A stretch of 64,000 bases of DNA, from contig CBDFIJ010000004.1 of assembly GCA_965248055.1 (NCBI GenBank), positions 3,136,001 to 3,200,000 on the forward strand, read 5' to 3'. The translations under genes and the position numbers were made by a program. The notes under the pieces were generated by a model. That model was given only the letters and a program-made list of their open reading frames with translations, ran no database searches and was not told the DNA's origin. Position 1 is the stretch's first letter. Each line of letters opens with the position of its first letter. This DNA is from Candidatus Multivoradales bacterium (GTDB taxonomy: Bacteria; Acidobacteriota; Thermoanaerobaculia; Multivoradales; JAHEKO01). This document shows, piece by piece, positions 32,285 to 41,724 of this stretch.

Positions 32285-34732
32285 ATGACTGAAACATTGA
32301 CCCTGCCGATCCTGCCACTTCGCAACATGGTTCTATTTCCATCGGTCACCACGCCGATTCGGGCTGGCCGACCGGTCACTATGCGCGGCGTAGAGGCTTC
32401 GATTGCCCGCCCAGATCGACTGATCTTCGCTTTATTGCAGACCGACGATAACGTTCAAGTCGATCTAGACCGGATGCATTCTGTTGGCACCATCGCGCGC
32501 ATCGACCAGGTGCAAAAGGTTGGTAACAACCTCCAGTTGTTGGTCACCGGAGTCAAGCGTGGAGTTTTGGTGCGCGCCGAGAAAAAGGATCGCCATTTCG
32601 AAGCAGTGGTGCGCTCCGCGGAGGAGATGTTTCCACCCTCGGTTGAAGACGCTGCCTTTGTCGCGCTGCAGCGAGAGCTCACCGAACGCGCCACCGAACT
32701 GGCAGAGAAGGCTGGGTTGCCTGAGGAAATCATTCAGCGGGCATTGGAAGCGGTGGAGCACGCCGGCGAGTTGTCTGATTTGGTCACCAGTTATTTGGAG
32801 CTGGATACCCCGCTGAAACAAGAGCTGCTCGCCAATTTGTCGGTCGAAGAGAGGCTACGCCAAGTGCTGCTCCAAGTACAAAAGCAACTGAATGTGGTCA
32901 CCGCCCAAGAGGACATTCAGTCTCGGGTGCGCGAAGAGCTAGGCGATCGACAGCGGGAGATGTTGTTGCGTGAACAACTGAAAGCGATTCAGGAAGAATT
33001 GGGACAATCCGACGAGGTAGGGGAGTTGGAAGAGCTGCGCCAGAAGCTGGATGCGCTGGAACTCGGCAAGGCAGCCCGCAAAGAGGTTGACCGAGAGTTC
33101 GATCGGATCCAACGGATGAATCGGGAATCGATGGAGTACCAAGTGATTCGTTCGTTTTTGGAGACCGTTTCTGAGCTTCCTTGGAACGAGCGCACCGATG
33201 ACGACCTTGACCTCGCTGAGGCGACTCAGATTCTGGAAGAGGACCACTACGGCTTGGCCGACGTCAAGGACCGGGTGCTGGAGTTCTTAGCGGTCAAGAA
33301 ACTGCAGTTGGCGAAGGACGCGTCGAGTTCTGAAGCGAAATCGGACGATGAGGAAGGTACGGTCGGCAACGATGACGACAAGGCGACGGCGCCGATCTTG
33401 CTGTTTGGAGGTCCTCCAGGGGTCGGCAAGACTTCGATCGCCAAGTCGATTGCCCGCGCCATGGGGCGCGAGTACGTGCGTATCTCGCTGGGAGGTGCAC
33501 GGGACGAGGCGGATATCCGCGGTCACCGCAGAACCTACGTCGGCGCGATGCCGGGGCGGATTATCCAGGGCATGCGCCAAGCTGGAACCATGAACCCGGT
33601 GTTCTTGCTGGATGAGGTCGACAAGCTGGGAGCTTCATTTCAAGGTGATCCGGCTTCGGCCCTGTTAGAGGTCTTAGATCCGGCGCAGAACAATAGTTTC
33701 GCTGACCATTACCTAGGCCTGCCGTTTGACCTCTCGGAGGTGTTGTTTATCGCTACCGCCAATTTCCTGCAGAACATTCCGGGGCCGCTGTTGGATCGCA
33801 TGGAGATCGTCGAGTTTTCCGGCTATACCGAGCGGGAAAAACTGGAGATCGCTAAACGCTATTTGGTGCCCCGGCAAACCCGCCGCCACGCCCTAGACGC
33901 CGAGACCTTGGTGATTTCCGACGAGGCCATCCAGCGGGTGATCTCTCACTACACCCGAGAGGCCGGAGTACGCGGACTGGAACGGGCGTTGGGTAAGTTG
34001 GCGCGTAAGGCGGCGCGCAGAATCGCTACCGGCGAAGCCGAGCGCATCGAAGTCGACGTCGAGGCCGTCCGCGAGTTGCTAGGACGCCCCAACGCCCGCC
34101 CAGAAAAGGCCGCCGACGAGGACGAGGTCGGGATCGCCACCGGGATGTACTACACCCCGGCGGGAGGAGACATCATGTTTGTCGAAGTCACCACCATGCG
34201 GGGGCGCGGAGAATTGGTGCTCACCGGCCAACTGGGCGACGTGATGAAGGAGTCCGCCCGTGCCGCTTGGAGCTACGCGCGCAGTCACGCCACTGCATTG
34301 GGCATTGAGGACGCGATGTTCGAACGTGATGTCCACGTTCATGTACCTGCGGGGGCGATCCCCAAAGACGGGCCTTCAGCGGGTGTCACCATGGCAACCG
34401 CTCTGATCTCTAGCTTGGCGGGCAGGCCCGCGCGTCACGACGTAGCGATGACCGGCGAATTGACGCTGTCGGGCCGCGTCTTGCCGATTGGTGGAGTGAA
34501 AGAAAAAGTGCTGGGTGCCGTCCGCGCCGGAATCACCGAGGTCATCCTGCCGAAAGAGAACGAAGGCGATCTTGAAGACTTATCTGAAGAGATCGTCGCG
34601 GACTTAACGGTGCACCCGGTGGAGCACCTGCGAGACGTGGTCCGGATTGCGCTACCCGGCGTGGATTTTCGGCCGGAACCCGACCTGGAGGCTGCGGACG
34701 CCGAAGTCGCTAGCGACCTGAGTTCTAACTAG
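32285..34732 (+). CDS. lon: ATP-dependent Lon protease
   Basis: LPLRNMVLFP, GPPGVGKTS, RGHRRTYVGA, PKDGPSAG, IGGVKEK. Confidence 0.97.
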   Translation: MTETLTLPILPLRNMVLFPSVTTPIRAGRPVTMRGVEASIARPDRLIFALLQTDDNVQVDLDRMHSVGTIARIDQVQKVGNNLQLLVTGVKRGVLVRAEKKDRHFEAVVRSAEEMFPPSVEDAAFVALQRELTERATELAEKAGLPEEIIQRALEAVEHAGELSDLVTSYLELDTPLKQELLANLSVEERLRQVLLQVQKQLNVVTAQEDIQSRVREELGDRQREMLLREQLKAIQEELGQSDEVGELEELRQKLDALELGKAARKEVDREFDRIQRMNRESMEYQVIRSFLETVSELPWNERTDDDLDLAEATQILEEDHYGLADVKDRVLEFLAVKKLQLAKDASSSEAKSDDEEGTVGNDDDKATAPILLFGGPPGVGKTSIAKSIARAMGREYVRISLGGARDEADIRGHRRTYVGAMPGRIIQGMRQAGTMNPVFLLDEVDKLGASFQGDPASALLEVLDPAQNNSFADHYLGLPFDLSEVLFIATANFLQNIPGPLLDRMEIVEFSGYTEREKLEIAKRYLVPRQTRRHALDAETLVISDEAIQRVISHYTREAGVRGLERALGKLARKAARRIATGEAERIEVDVEAVRELLGRPNARPEKAADEDEVGIATGMYYTPAGGDIMFVEVTTMRGRGELVLTGQLGDVMKESARAAWSYARSHATALGIEDAMFERDVHVHVPAGAIPKDGPSAGVTMATALISSLAGRPARHDVAMTGELTLSGRVLPIGGVKEKVLGAVRAGITEVILPKENEGDLEDLSEEIVADLTVHPVEHLRDVVRIALPGVDFRPEPDLEAADAEVASDLSSN

Positions 34733-36359
34733 CCTGGATAATTCACGAGTTTAAATGACAAAGGGGGCGAAATCCGATTAAATCGTAGTTGTTCAAAGAC
34801 TTACGACAAAACCGAGAGGACGCCCCCCGATGACAGAGTGTAACGCACAACTAACGCTAGGTTTTCATCCTAATCTGCCGGTGTGTGTGAGCTTCAACGG
34901 TCCCGATATTTCTTCAGACGGCGGTGGACTTTTGCTGCGTCAGGTCGATGACCGTCTGGCTCTTACGTCTGGGTTTGCCGCCTGTCTAGCCGACACCCGA
35001 GAGGCGTCTCGTGTGCTGCACGACCGTCACGAGCAGACCCGTCAGCGGTTGTATCAGATCGCCTTAGGCTATGAAGACTGTAACGACGCCGATACGCTCA
35101 GACACGATCCATTGCTTAAGACAGTGTGTGATCGGACACCCAATGATCCAGTAGGTCTGTCCTCCCAGCCGACGCTGTCACGGTTTGAGAATGCTCCAGA
35201 TGGCTTGACGTTAAGACGCTTAACGCGTTGGCTGGAACAGAGCTGGATTGACGCCTTGCCAGAGTCGACAAGCGAGATCATCTTGGATATCGACGCTACC
35301 GATGATGAAACCCACGGCCAGCAGCAGCGTTCCTTCTTCCACGGCTTCTACGATCACCACATGTACCACCCGCTGATGGTCTACGACGGCGACAGTGGAC
35401 AGCTCGTTAGTGCCTTCTTGCGTCCGGGTAACACTCACTCCAGCCGCGGTGCTTTGGGCTTGCTGCGACGATTGATCGGTCGCCTTAAACAGCGTTTTCC
35501 CGAAGTCGCTATCGTGGTGCGAGGAGATGCCGGTTTCGCCATGCCTAAGCTCATGAAAGCACTTGAAAAGCTTGATGTGGACTACCTGTTTGGCATCGCC
35601 AAGAACGCTCGGCTCAAACGCCTTGCCGAACCGACGATGGATTGGGCCGAAGAGATGTTTGATCGCTCAGAGACTACCGTCAAGCGGTTCACCAGCTTCG
35701 AGTACGCCGCTCGAAGCTGGCCCTATACTCGACGCATCATCGCCAAGGCCGAACACTCGGCCTTTGGACCCAATCCGCGCTTCGTGGTCACTTCGCTCGA
35801 AGGCTTCGACGCCGAAACGCTCTATCGAGCCTACACCCAGCGCGGTTTGTGCGAACTCTGGATCAAGGACTTCAAATGCGCCCTGGCGGCTGATCGGCTT
35901 TCGTGCTCAAGCTTTGCCGCCAATAGCTTCCGTCTCTTGCTCCACGCGGCCGCCTACCGACTCCTTCACGCCCTTAGACAAGAAGCTGCCATGGTCTCTC
36001 CAGAACTCGGCCGAGCCCAATTCGATATCCTTAGGCTTCGATTGCTCAAAGTAGCAGCGATTGTGCGCCAAAGTGTACGGCGCTTGTCGATCCAGTTACC
36101 CAGAGCCTACCCCTGGAGCTACGCCTTCGCCTGGCTCGCTCAGCGCATCAACGCTCCGCCTCTTCTCGCCTGAAAAACCCCAGACAGAACAACTGCCTCC
36201 TTTTTCAACTCCACCGTCGAACTGTGTCCGAACCTCGCTCTACCAACACTCACAAACGCCTTCTCGCCATTAGCCTCTGACAACCAAACATTTTCAACTG
36301 CTCAGCGTGACCTAAACTGACCTTTTCACTACAAATTCAAACCTCATGAATAATGCAGG
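34733..36359 (+). mobile_element. IS1380-family element, copy 1 (1627 bp)
   Basis: IRs CCTGGATAATTCACGAG / CTCATGAATAATGCAGG, flanked by CTAG on both sides. Confidence 0.92.
34830..36173 (+). CDS. IS1380-family transposase
   Basis: SSDGG, GYEDCND, LSSQPTLSRFEN, LDIDAT, RGDAGF, YTQRG..ELWIKDFK. Confidence 0.93.
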   Translation: MTECNAQLTLGFHPNLPVCVSFNGPDISSDGGGLLLRQVDDRLALTSGFAACLADTREASRVLHDRHEQTRQRLYQIALGYEDCNDADTLRHDPLLKTVCDRTPNDPVGLSSQPTLSRFENAPDGLTLRRLTRWLEQSWIDALPESTSEIILDIDATDDETHGQQQRSFFHGFYDHHMYHPLMVYDGDSGQLVSAFLRPGNTHSSRGALGLLRRLIGRLKQRFPEVAIVVRGDAGFAMPKLMKALEKLDVDYLFGIAKNARLKRLAEPTMDWAEEMFDRSETTVKRFTSFEYAARSWPYTRRIIAKAEHSAFGPNPRFVVTSLEGFDAETLYRAYTQRGLCELWIKDFKCALAADRLSCSSFAANSFRLLLHAAAYRLLHALRQEAAMVSPELGRAQFDILRLRLLKVAAIVRQSVRRLSIQLPRAYPWSYAFAWLAQRINAPPLLA

Positions 36360-36894
36360 CTAGGGTTTCCTTGCCCCAGGCAGGAAAGTCTCGACGGAGA
36401 CTTTCGACTCTCTGTACCAATTCAGGTGACCAGTCAGCCTTACGCACCCGCTTGGGTCGGCTTGATATCGGTTCTAGATGTCGGGGGCCACGCTCAAGGC
36501 GTTTGCGCCAGCGGTAAAGGGTAGCTCGACTCTTGCCCAAGATCTGAGCTGCTTCTTCACCCGAGATCCCCTTGTCGCGTAGTTGCTCGAAGCTCGCAAC
36601 CAAGCGCAGCCGATCACGAGCCTGAGAGCTTAAGACAACGATGTCTTCACGGTAGTACTTGTAGAAACTTGGATCGAGTGCGACGATTTGCATCTGGGGG
36701 CCTCCCTTCGTTTTGGGTTATTCGATAGACCCGAAGGATCTTGGCCCCCTTTTTACTTGTCAAGGCTGTGGATGATGATGGGCTGGTGCAAAGCCAGCTA
36801 CGCTTGCCTTCCCACAGCCCTTGGAAATCTCTCACGAGATTCCCACAGCCTCGGCGACTAACGGCGCTGTCTCACAGGTGTTTGATCTAGGTCA
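36360..36894 (-). mobile_element. IS481-family element A, 5' half (IR and N-terminal transposase, cut at CTAG by IS1380)
   Basis: ORF from 36693 has an HTH (SRATLYRW) and ends WGKETL; end IR TGACCTAGATCAAACACCTGTGAGACAG matches the IR at 41725. Confidence 0.82.
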
Positions 36895-37937
36895 GTTCTT
36901 GTATGCGTCCATGACATTTGGCACTGATCGGTATGTTCAGCTACGTATTGTAGCGGTGGTCTTTGTCCGTGGCTCCAGTGAGGCCTTTCGGCGTTAAACC
37001 AGAGCAGCCAGTCGAAGAGTTTTTCGTTGAAAGCTTCGAGATCTGTGAAGAGCAAGTCTTCGTTGTAGTCAACGAATTTCTCTTGAATGGTGCGATTGAA
37101 TCTCTCGGCTTGGGCGTTCATCTTCGGGCACCTGGGGTAGGTGTACCAGCGTTTGATTCCAGCCTCAGCAGCTTTCTTGTCGAAGGCTCCTTGAAACTCA
37201 CTACCGTTGTCTGAGAGCACGGTAGTAACGGCAAATGGCAAGACGTCGAGACTCAGGTCCAGGAAACGGGCAGCCATGGTTGCGGTGTGAGAGTTAGTGG
37301 CTATTGCCAGGCTCATGCTGCTGGCGGCATCGGTCAGGGTGATCAGGTACCGGCGTTGGCCGTCGCAGAATCGCTCGATGGTGTCTACTCCCACCCACTG
37401 GCCCGGAGAGCGGGCCTTGGTTCCTTTGGGTTTGCGAGGCTTACGCTTTCGTTTTGCTTTCACTCGGCCCAGGCGATCAATCCTTTGGGGCACCAAGCGC
37501 ATCTTGTCGGGAGCGTCGGCAATGATATGGCCAATCGTGCTCACAGACGGGCAGTCAATCCCTAGCGCCTCGCACCAGGGTTTCAAGAGTGGGTAGATCT
37601 TGTCCTTGCCAAAGTTAGGCTCTTTCACCCGCAGTCGACGGATCTCGGCCACTACATCAAGAGGCCAAGCACGACGTCTTCTCTTCTTCGGAGCTGTTGA
37701 CTGAGGGTTTAGAGAGGTTAGCTTTCCTTGCGACCTACGAAGCCGAGATTTCCAGCGGTACAGGGTCCTTCGGCTCACCGAAAATGCATCGATCGTCGCT
37801 TCGATCCCATGTTCCTGCCAGAATCTCAATACTCGGATACGTTTCTCAGCACTATCTTGGGTCATGACCCAAGATACCCCTAGATGACGAAGATGTACCA
37901 GGCCTTGGAAACGCCCTCTGATCAGTCTTGTCGGCAT
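36858..37937 (-). CDS. IS481-family transposase (element B)
   Basis: HTH SRRTLYRW; integrase core D(VDT)..SDNGSEF..AERFNRT, FNAERPH. Confidence 0.9.
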   Translation of the reverse strand: MPTRLIRGRFQGLVHLRHLGVSWVMTQDSAEKRIRVLRFWQEHGIEATIDAFSVSRRTLYRWKSRLRRSQGKLTSLNPQSTAPKKRRRRAWPLDVVAEIRRLRVKEPNFGKDKIYPLLKPWCEALGIDCPSVSTIGHIIADAPDKMRLVPQRIDRLGRVKAKRKRKPRKPKGTKARSPGQWVGVDTIERFCDGQRRYLITLTDAASSMSLAIATNSHTATMAARFLDLSLDVLPFAVTTVLSDNGSEFQGAFDKKAAEAGIKRWYTYPRCPKMNAQAERFNRTIQEKFVDYNEDLLFTDLEAFNEKLFDWLLWFNAERPHWSHGQRPPLQYVAEHTDQCQMSWTHTRTDLDQTPVRQRR

Positions 37938-37983
37938 CAGATCTCCTCACTGAACCTGTGCCAGATGTTTCTGAACGCATGCA
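36900..37983 (-). mobile_element. IS481-family element B
   Basis: Imperfect IRs TGTATGCGTCCATGACATTTGGCAC / TGCATGCGTTCAGAAACATCTGGCAC; no clear DR. Confidence 0.75.
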
Positions 37984-38014
37984 TCGGCAGCAGTTCGGTC
38001 AGTCCTCACAACCG

Positions 38015-39382
38015 GAGATATAACCGAAAGTTGTGTATGAGAGTTTGAAGGCGGCGTATCCTGAGCCCGGTTTTTGTCTGGGTTCAATCATCCAAAAAAG
38101 GAGGATACGCCGTTGAGCAAGAGTAACGTAATTTCAATCGATCAGTCAGAGCGTCCTGAGGACGCTCTGAGCGAGGTCCTTCGCCTGGGTTCACGGCTGC
38201 TTCTTTGCGAAGCAATCGAGGCCGAGGTGGCGAGTTTTTTGGCCGAGTACCAAGATCAACGTACAGCGGCGGGTCACCGCCGTTTGGTGAGAAACGGCTA
38301 CATGCCGGAGCGGGAGATCCAGACCGGTATAGGTGGAGTTTCAGTCAAGGTGCCACGGGTGCGGGATCGCCAGGGTGAGCTTCAGTTTCGCTCCAATCTA
38401 GTGCCACCGTACCTGCGCCGGTCCAAGAGCGTCGAGGATCTCTTGCCCTGGCTGTACTTGCGGGGGATATCGACCGGAGACTTCAGCGATGCTCTCGAGG
38501 CCCTGGTGGGTCCTGATGCACCTGGGCTTTCAGCTTCGACGGTGAGCCGGCTCAAACGCGTCTGGGGCCAGGAGTACAGCGAATGGCGGCAGCGCGATCT
38601 TTCTTCCAAGCGCTACGTCTACGTATGGGCTGACGGCATCTACTGCAAGGCTCGTCTGGATAACGCCAAGCTCTGCTTGCTGGTGTTAATTGGGGCCACA
38701 GCGGATGGCAACAAGGAGCTGATCGCTGTTGAAGACGGTTACCGGGAGAGTGAGGCGTCATGGCTGGAGCTGCTGCGAGGCTTGGAGAGAAGAGGCCTTA
38801 CATTCGAGCCTAAGATCGCAATCGGTGATGGCAACCTGGGTTTCTGGAAGGCTCTGGCTCAGGTGTGGGGCAATACCAAGACCCAGCGCTGCTGGGTCCA
38901 CAAGACGGCCAACATCTTGAATAAGCTCCCCAAGGTGATCCAACCCAAGGCCAAGCAGGCGATCCATCAGATCTGGATGGCCGAGACCAGGAAAGATGCC
39001 GAGAGGGCTTTTGATGCATTCCAGGCAATCTACCAAGCCAAATATCCGAAAGCGGTCCAGTGCTTGGTCAAAGATCGCGACCAGCTACTCGCTTTCTACG
39101 ATTTCCCGGCTGAGCACTGGCTGCACTTGAGGACCACTAACCCAATCGAATCAACCTTTGCCACCGTGCGCTTGAGAACCGCCAAGACCCGGGGCTGTCT
39201 GTCGAGAGAAACCATGCTCTCGATGGTCTTCAAGCTCTGTCAGAGTGCTGAGAAACGATGGCGAAGGCTACAGGGCTACAAGCGCATTGCCCAAGTCGTT
39301 GAAGGGGTCCATTTCGTCGACGGAGAAAAACAAAATCGGATCGCCGCCTGATGACCCGATACACAACTTTTGACAATAACTC
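38015..39382 (+). mobile_element. IS256-family element with 9-bp target duplication
   Basis: IRs GAGATATAACCGAAAGTTGTGTAT / ATACACAACTTTTGACAATAACTC; DR TCACAACCG at 38006-38014 and 39383-39391. Confidence 0.92.
38113..39351 (+). CDS. IS256-family (Mutator) transposase
   Basis: RNGY, LYLRGIST, YVWADG, GDG, QRCWVHK, RTTNPIES; TTG start after GAGGA. Confidence 0.93.
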   Translation: MSKSNVISIDQSERPEDALSEVLRLGSRLLLCEAIEAEVASFLAEYQDQRTAAGHRRLVRNGYMPEREIQTGIGGVSVKVPRVRDRQGELQFRSNLVPPYLRRSKSVEDLLPWLYLRGISTGDFSDALEALVGPDAPGLSASTVSRLKRVWGQEYSEWRQRDLSSKRYVYVWADGIYCKARLDNAKLCLLVLIGATADGNKELIAVEDGYRESEASWLELLRGLERRGLTFEPKIAIGDGNLGFWKALAQVWGNTKTQRCWVHKTANILNKLPKVIQPKAKQAIHQIWMAETRKDAERAFDAFQAIYQAKYPKAVQCLVKDRDQLLAFYDFPAEHWLHLRTTNPIESTFATVRLRTAKTRGCLSRETMLSMVFKLCQSAEKRWRRLQGYKRIAQVVEGVHFVDGEKQNRIAA

Positions 39383-39439
39383 TCACAACCGCCGCCCTGC
39401 GCAGTACGGCCCTTACAGCAAAACAAGTATGGTCACTGG

Positions 39440-39560
39440 GTCTCCACCGTCACTCAAACGTCGACGACGAAAAAACTCGATGTAATTAAATGTGCTCTTC
39501 CTCGGCTGTGCCGGAGTGGTAATAGTCGAAGCGGAGAGACTTGCCGGTGAAGTGGTCGTC
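39440..39560 (-). pseudogene. Possible IS3-family transposase C-terminal remnant
   Basis: STFNYIEFFRRRRLS resembles the IS3 IFxYIExFYNxxRRHS terminal motif; degraded. Confidence 0.3.
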
Positions 39561-40006
39561 GAAGATCGGGTCGGCGGATAACCCCTGAGCAAGTACAAAC
39601 CCGAGTACGCCAGCAATCCAAATACGCATTGATACCTCCCATTTCATCTCTTAATCCTACCTGGAAGCCCCTGTTAAAATGTCAACAGAAAATAGAGGCC
39701 CTTCGCCAAATGAACTCGGCAAGCGGAATGCTCACGGTGGCCTACGACTTGAAAGGCTTAGATACGAATCAAGAGATCCAGCGGTGTAGCTATGACTTTT
39801 TGAGAATGATCGGAGTCAGCATTTCACAAAGAGCCCACCCCAAGTCCGCCTTCTTGGCGATGACCATAGTCGCAAACCATTGCGGCAGACGCTCCTCTTT
39901 CCTCAATCTCTTCTGGAAACCAAACGTAAATTAATACCTGACTGTGGACAGGCACTCTATTGAGTAGATCAAATATTCGAAGACCACGATTCCTCCCGTA
40001 GTTCGA

Positions 40007-41194
40007 CTATTTAACGTTGCCGTGCTCTTGAATATTCGGAAAAGGTTCCGCCTCTGTGTCGTAAATCAGCCCAATCAAGTCTTCATGGGAGACCACCTGG
40101 ATTGGCTCGTTCTTCGCCTTGAGGTCCATCAGCCAAATGGAGTTCGGAGTCACAGAAACCCGGAAACAGGAAAATTTCTTTGATGAAGCCAGAACGTGAA
40201 ATCGATTTCGTTGTCCCGACACGGGATCTAACAGGTCAACCAAGCACTGCTTTCCTTCGTTGTCTTCTGCCACAAGTATGACTAACCTTTGTATGTACTT
40301 GTCCCAAGTGATATCGAGGAGCGTTGGCTCGTGGTTTACGCTTGTCGTAATTGGCTGACTCGTTACCTGCCCAGAGGGCTGAACAAGATCGGTCCCAGCT
40401 TGACTCAATTGCTGCTTACCCCGTTCTAGTAATTCGTTTGCTATTTCATTGGCCTCTTCTTCTGAAATGACATTCTCACGGAAGAATTCTGGGTCCTCAA
40501 ACGTGGTTCTAAGCTTCAATCCGTTTGACAACCGATAGATCCGATAGTTGGCGAGCTCGCCGGCAAATATGTGTGACCCGGTCGCAGAGACACGCAGGCC
40601 TCTCGCCGTCTTTTCTTTGCCTTCACCAATAAACAGGGCTTCTTTTTTGACGCTGAGGTCGTCTCCGTTAAGAACTAGCAGCCGTGGTAGCCCGGCCGCC
40701 CTCTTTGTCGAAGGCATTATGGGTAAGTACTGAGCCGCGGCGAGCCAATCGTGTCCAAACGACATGATGTCCCGAACCAGCATGTTGCTACTAGCAACTT
40801 GCCTACCTGTCTGCAGTGAGAAAACCGCCATTGGCTTCATTGCTCCAGCGACCGCAACGACGTTGCCCTGAACGGCCATTGCTCCTGCTGGACCGAGGTT
40901 TCCCACGCGTGAGCCATCTGTCCTAACAAGATAGACCTCCTTTTTACTTAACTTGCCTGTCTGGTAGTCATAGCTTCTGATAGATCCAACAGAGAGGTCT
41001 AGGTAGACAAGTTCTTTGCCATCGATAGCAGCTCTAAAGACCCCACCGCTAGTGATCGTTCCAAGCGCCCCTGACGGTGGTGCAGAAGAGACGACATGGA
41101 TTTGCGGCTCTTGCGCTAAGGCTATTCCACAAAGCCAAAACAGCAGCACGATAGTGCGCGCTTCGATCCGAGAGCTATGGTCAGTTCTAAACAC
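40007..41194 (-). CDS. Secreted hypothetical protein, probable beta-propeller
   Basis: Signal peptide ..LCGIALA|QEP; repeated short beta-strand units; GGAG RBS; 6 nt after the peptide gene stop. Confidence 0.65.
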   Translation of the reverse strand: MFRTDHSSRIEARTIVLLFWLCGIALAQEPQIHVVSSAPPSGALGTITSGGVFRAAIDGKELVYLDLSVGSIRSYDYQTGKLSKKEVYLVRTDGSRVGNLGPAGAMAVQGNVVAVAGAMKPMAVFSLQTGRQVASSNMLVRDIMSFGHDWLAAAQYLPIMPSTKRAAGLPRLLVLNGDDLSVKKEALFIGEGKEKTARGLRVSATGSHIFAGELANYRIYRLSNGLKLRTTFEDPEFFRENVISEEEANEIANELLERGKQQLSQAGTDLVQPSGQVTSQPITTSVNHEPTLLDITWDKYIQRLVILVAEDNEGKQCLVDLLDPVSGQRNRFHVLASSKKFSCFRVSVTPNSIWLMDLKAKNEPIQVVSHEDLIGLIYDTEAEPFPNIQEHGNVK

Positions 41195-41200
41195 TGCTCC

Positions 41201-41398
41201 CTAGCACTTATGAAAATGACCAGACGCAGCAACCCACTCGCCGTCTACCCAAACGTTACACCCGGTCCAGCATCCAGAACCTCCAACGTCCGAGAAATAA
41301 AAAGTGCCGCACTTGGTTTCGGCTGCGACGCCAAGCGGAATCAAAGCGCCTACAATGAACGCCAAGGTCGCGACCACCAAAAAATATCTTCGGATCAA
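41201..41398 (-). CDS. Small secreted 4-Cys peptide, paralog 2
   Basis: Signal peptide ..LGVAA then ETKCGTFYFSDVGGSGCWTGCNVWVDGEWVAASGHFHKC; start probably TTG near 41398-41401 rather than 41461. Confidence 0.72.
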   Translation of the reverse strand: MIRRYFLVVATLAFIVGALIPLGVAAETKCGTFYFSDVGGSGCWTGCNVWVDGEWVAASGHFHKC

Positions 41399-41454
41399 CA
41401 ATGCTTTTCTTAGGATTGCTGCGGTTTGCGCATCTGCTGCTTTCTTACTGGTTA

Positions 41455-41643
41455 CTAGCATCGATGAAATACTCCTGTGGTTATTATGACCTCACCGTTC
41501 TGCCAAACCATGCACCCTGACCAGCATCCAGAGCCCCCAAAATCTGAAAGAGATAGGGTCCCACACCAGTCATCATGAGCTGCTAGAGGCAAAGAAACAA
41601 CAAGCAAAATTACCGCAACGATCGTTGCTATCGACCTAGTCAC
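41455..41643 (-). CDS. Small secreted 4-Cys peptide, paralog 1
   Basis: Signal peptide ..LPLAA then HDDWCGTLSLSDFGGSGCWSGCMVWQNGEVIITTGVFHRC; RBS AAGGAG/AGGA upstream. Confidence 0.75.
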   Translation of the reverse strand: MTRSIATIVAVILLVVSLPLAAHDDWCGTLSLSDFGGSGCWSGCMVWQNGEVIITTGVFHRC

Positions 41644-41724
41644 ACGCGTTTCCTACTCCTTGGCGCCTTGACGCGCGATTTTTTTCTTCCGAAATGGACG
41701 CTACCACACAATCGATCTGCTGTC

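Noticed and set aside
39629-39934. 101-aa plus-strand ORF in the cargo region
   Set aside because: TTG start without RBS, no motif, lies in degraded AT-rich DNA
40007-41643. Classical RiPP cluster (lanthipeptide, sactipeptide, ranthipeptide)
   Set aside because: No radical SAM, LanM/LanB, YcaO or peptidase-ABC exporter nearby; the leaders look like Sec-pathway signal peptides rather than RiPP leaders
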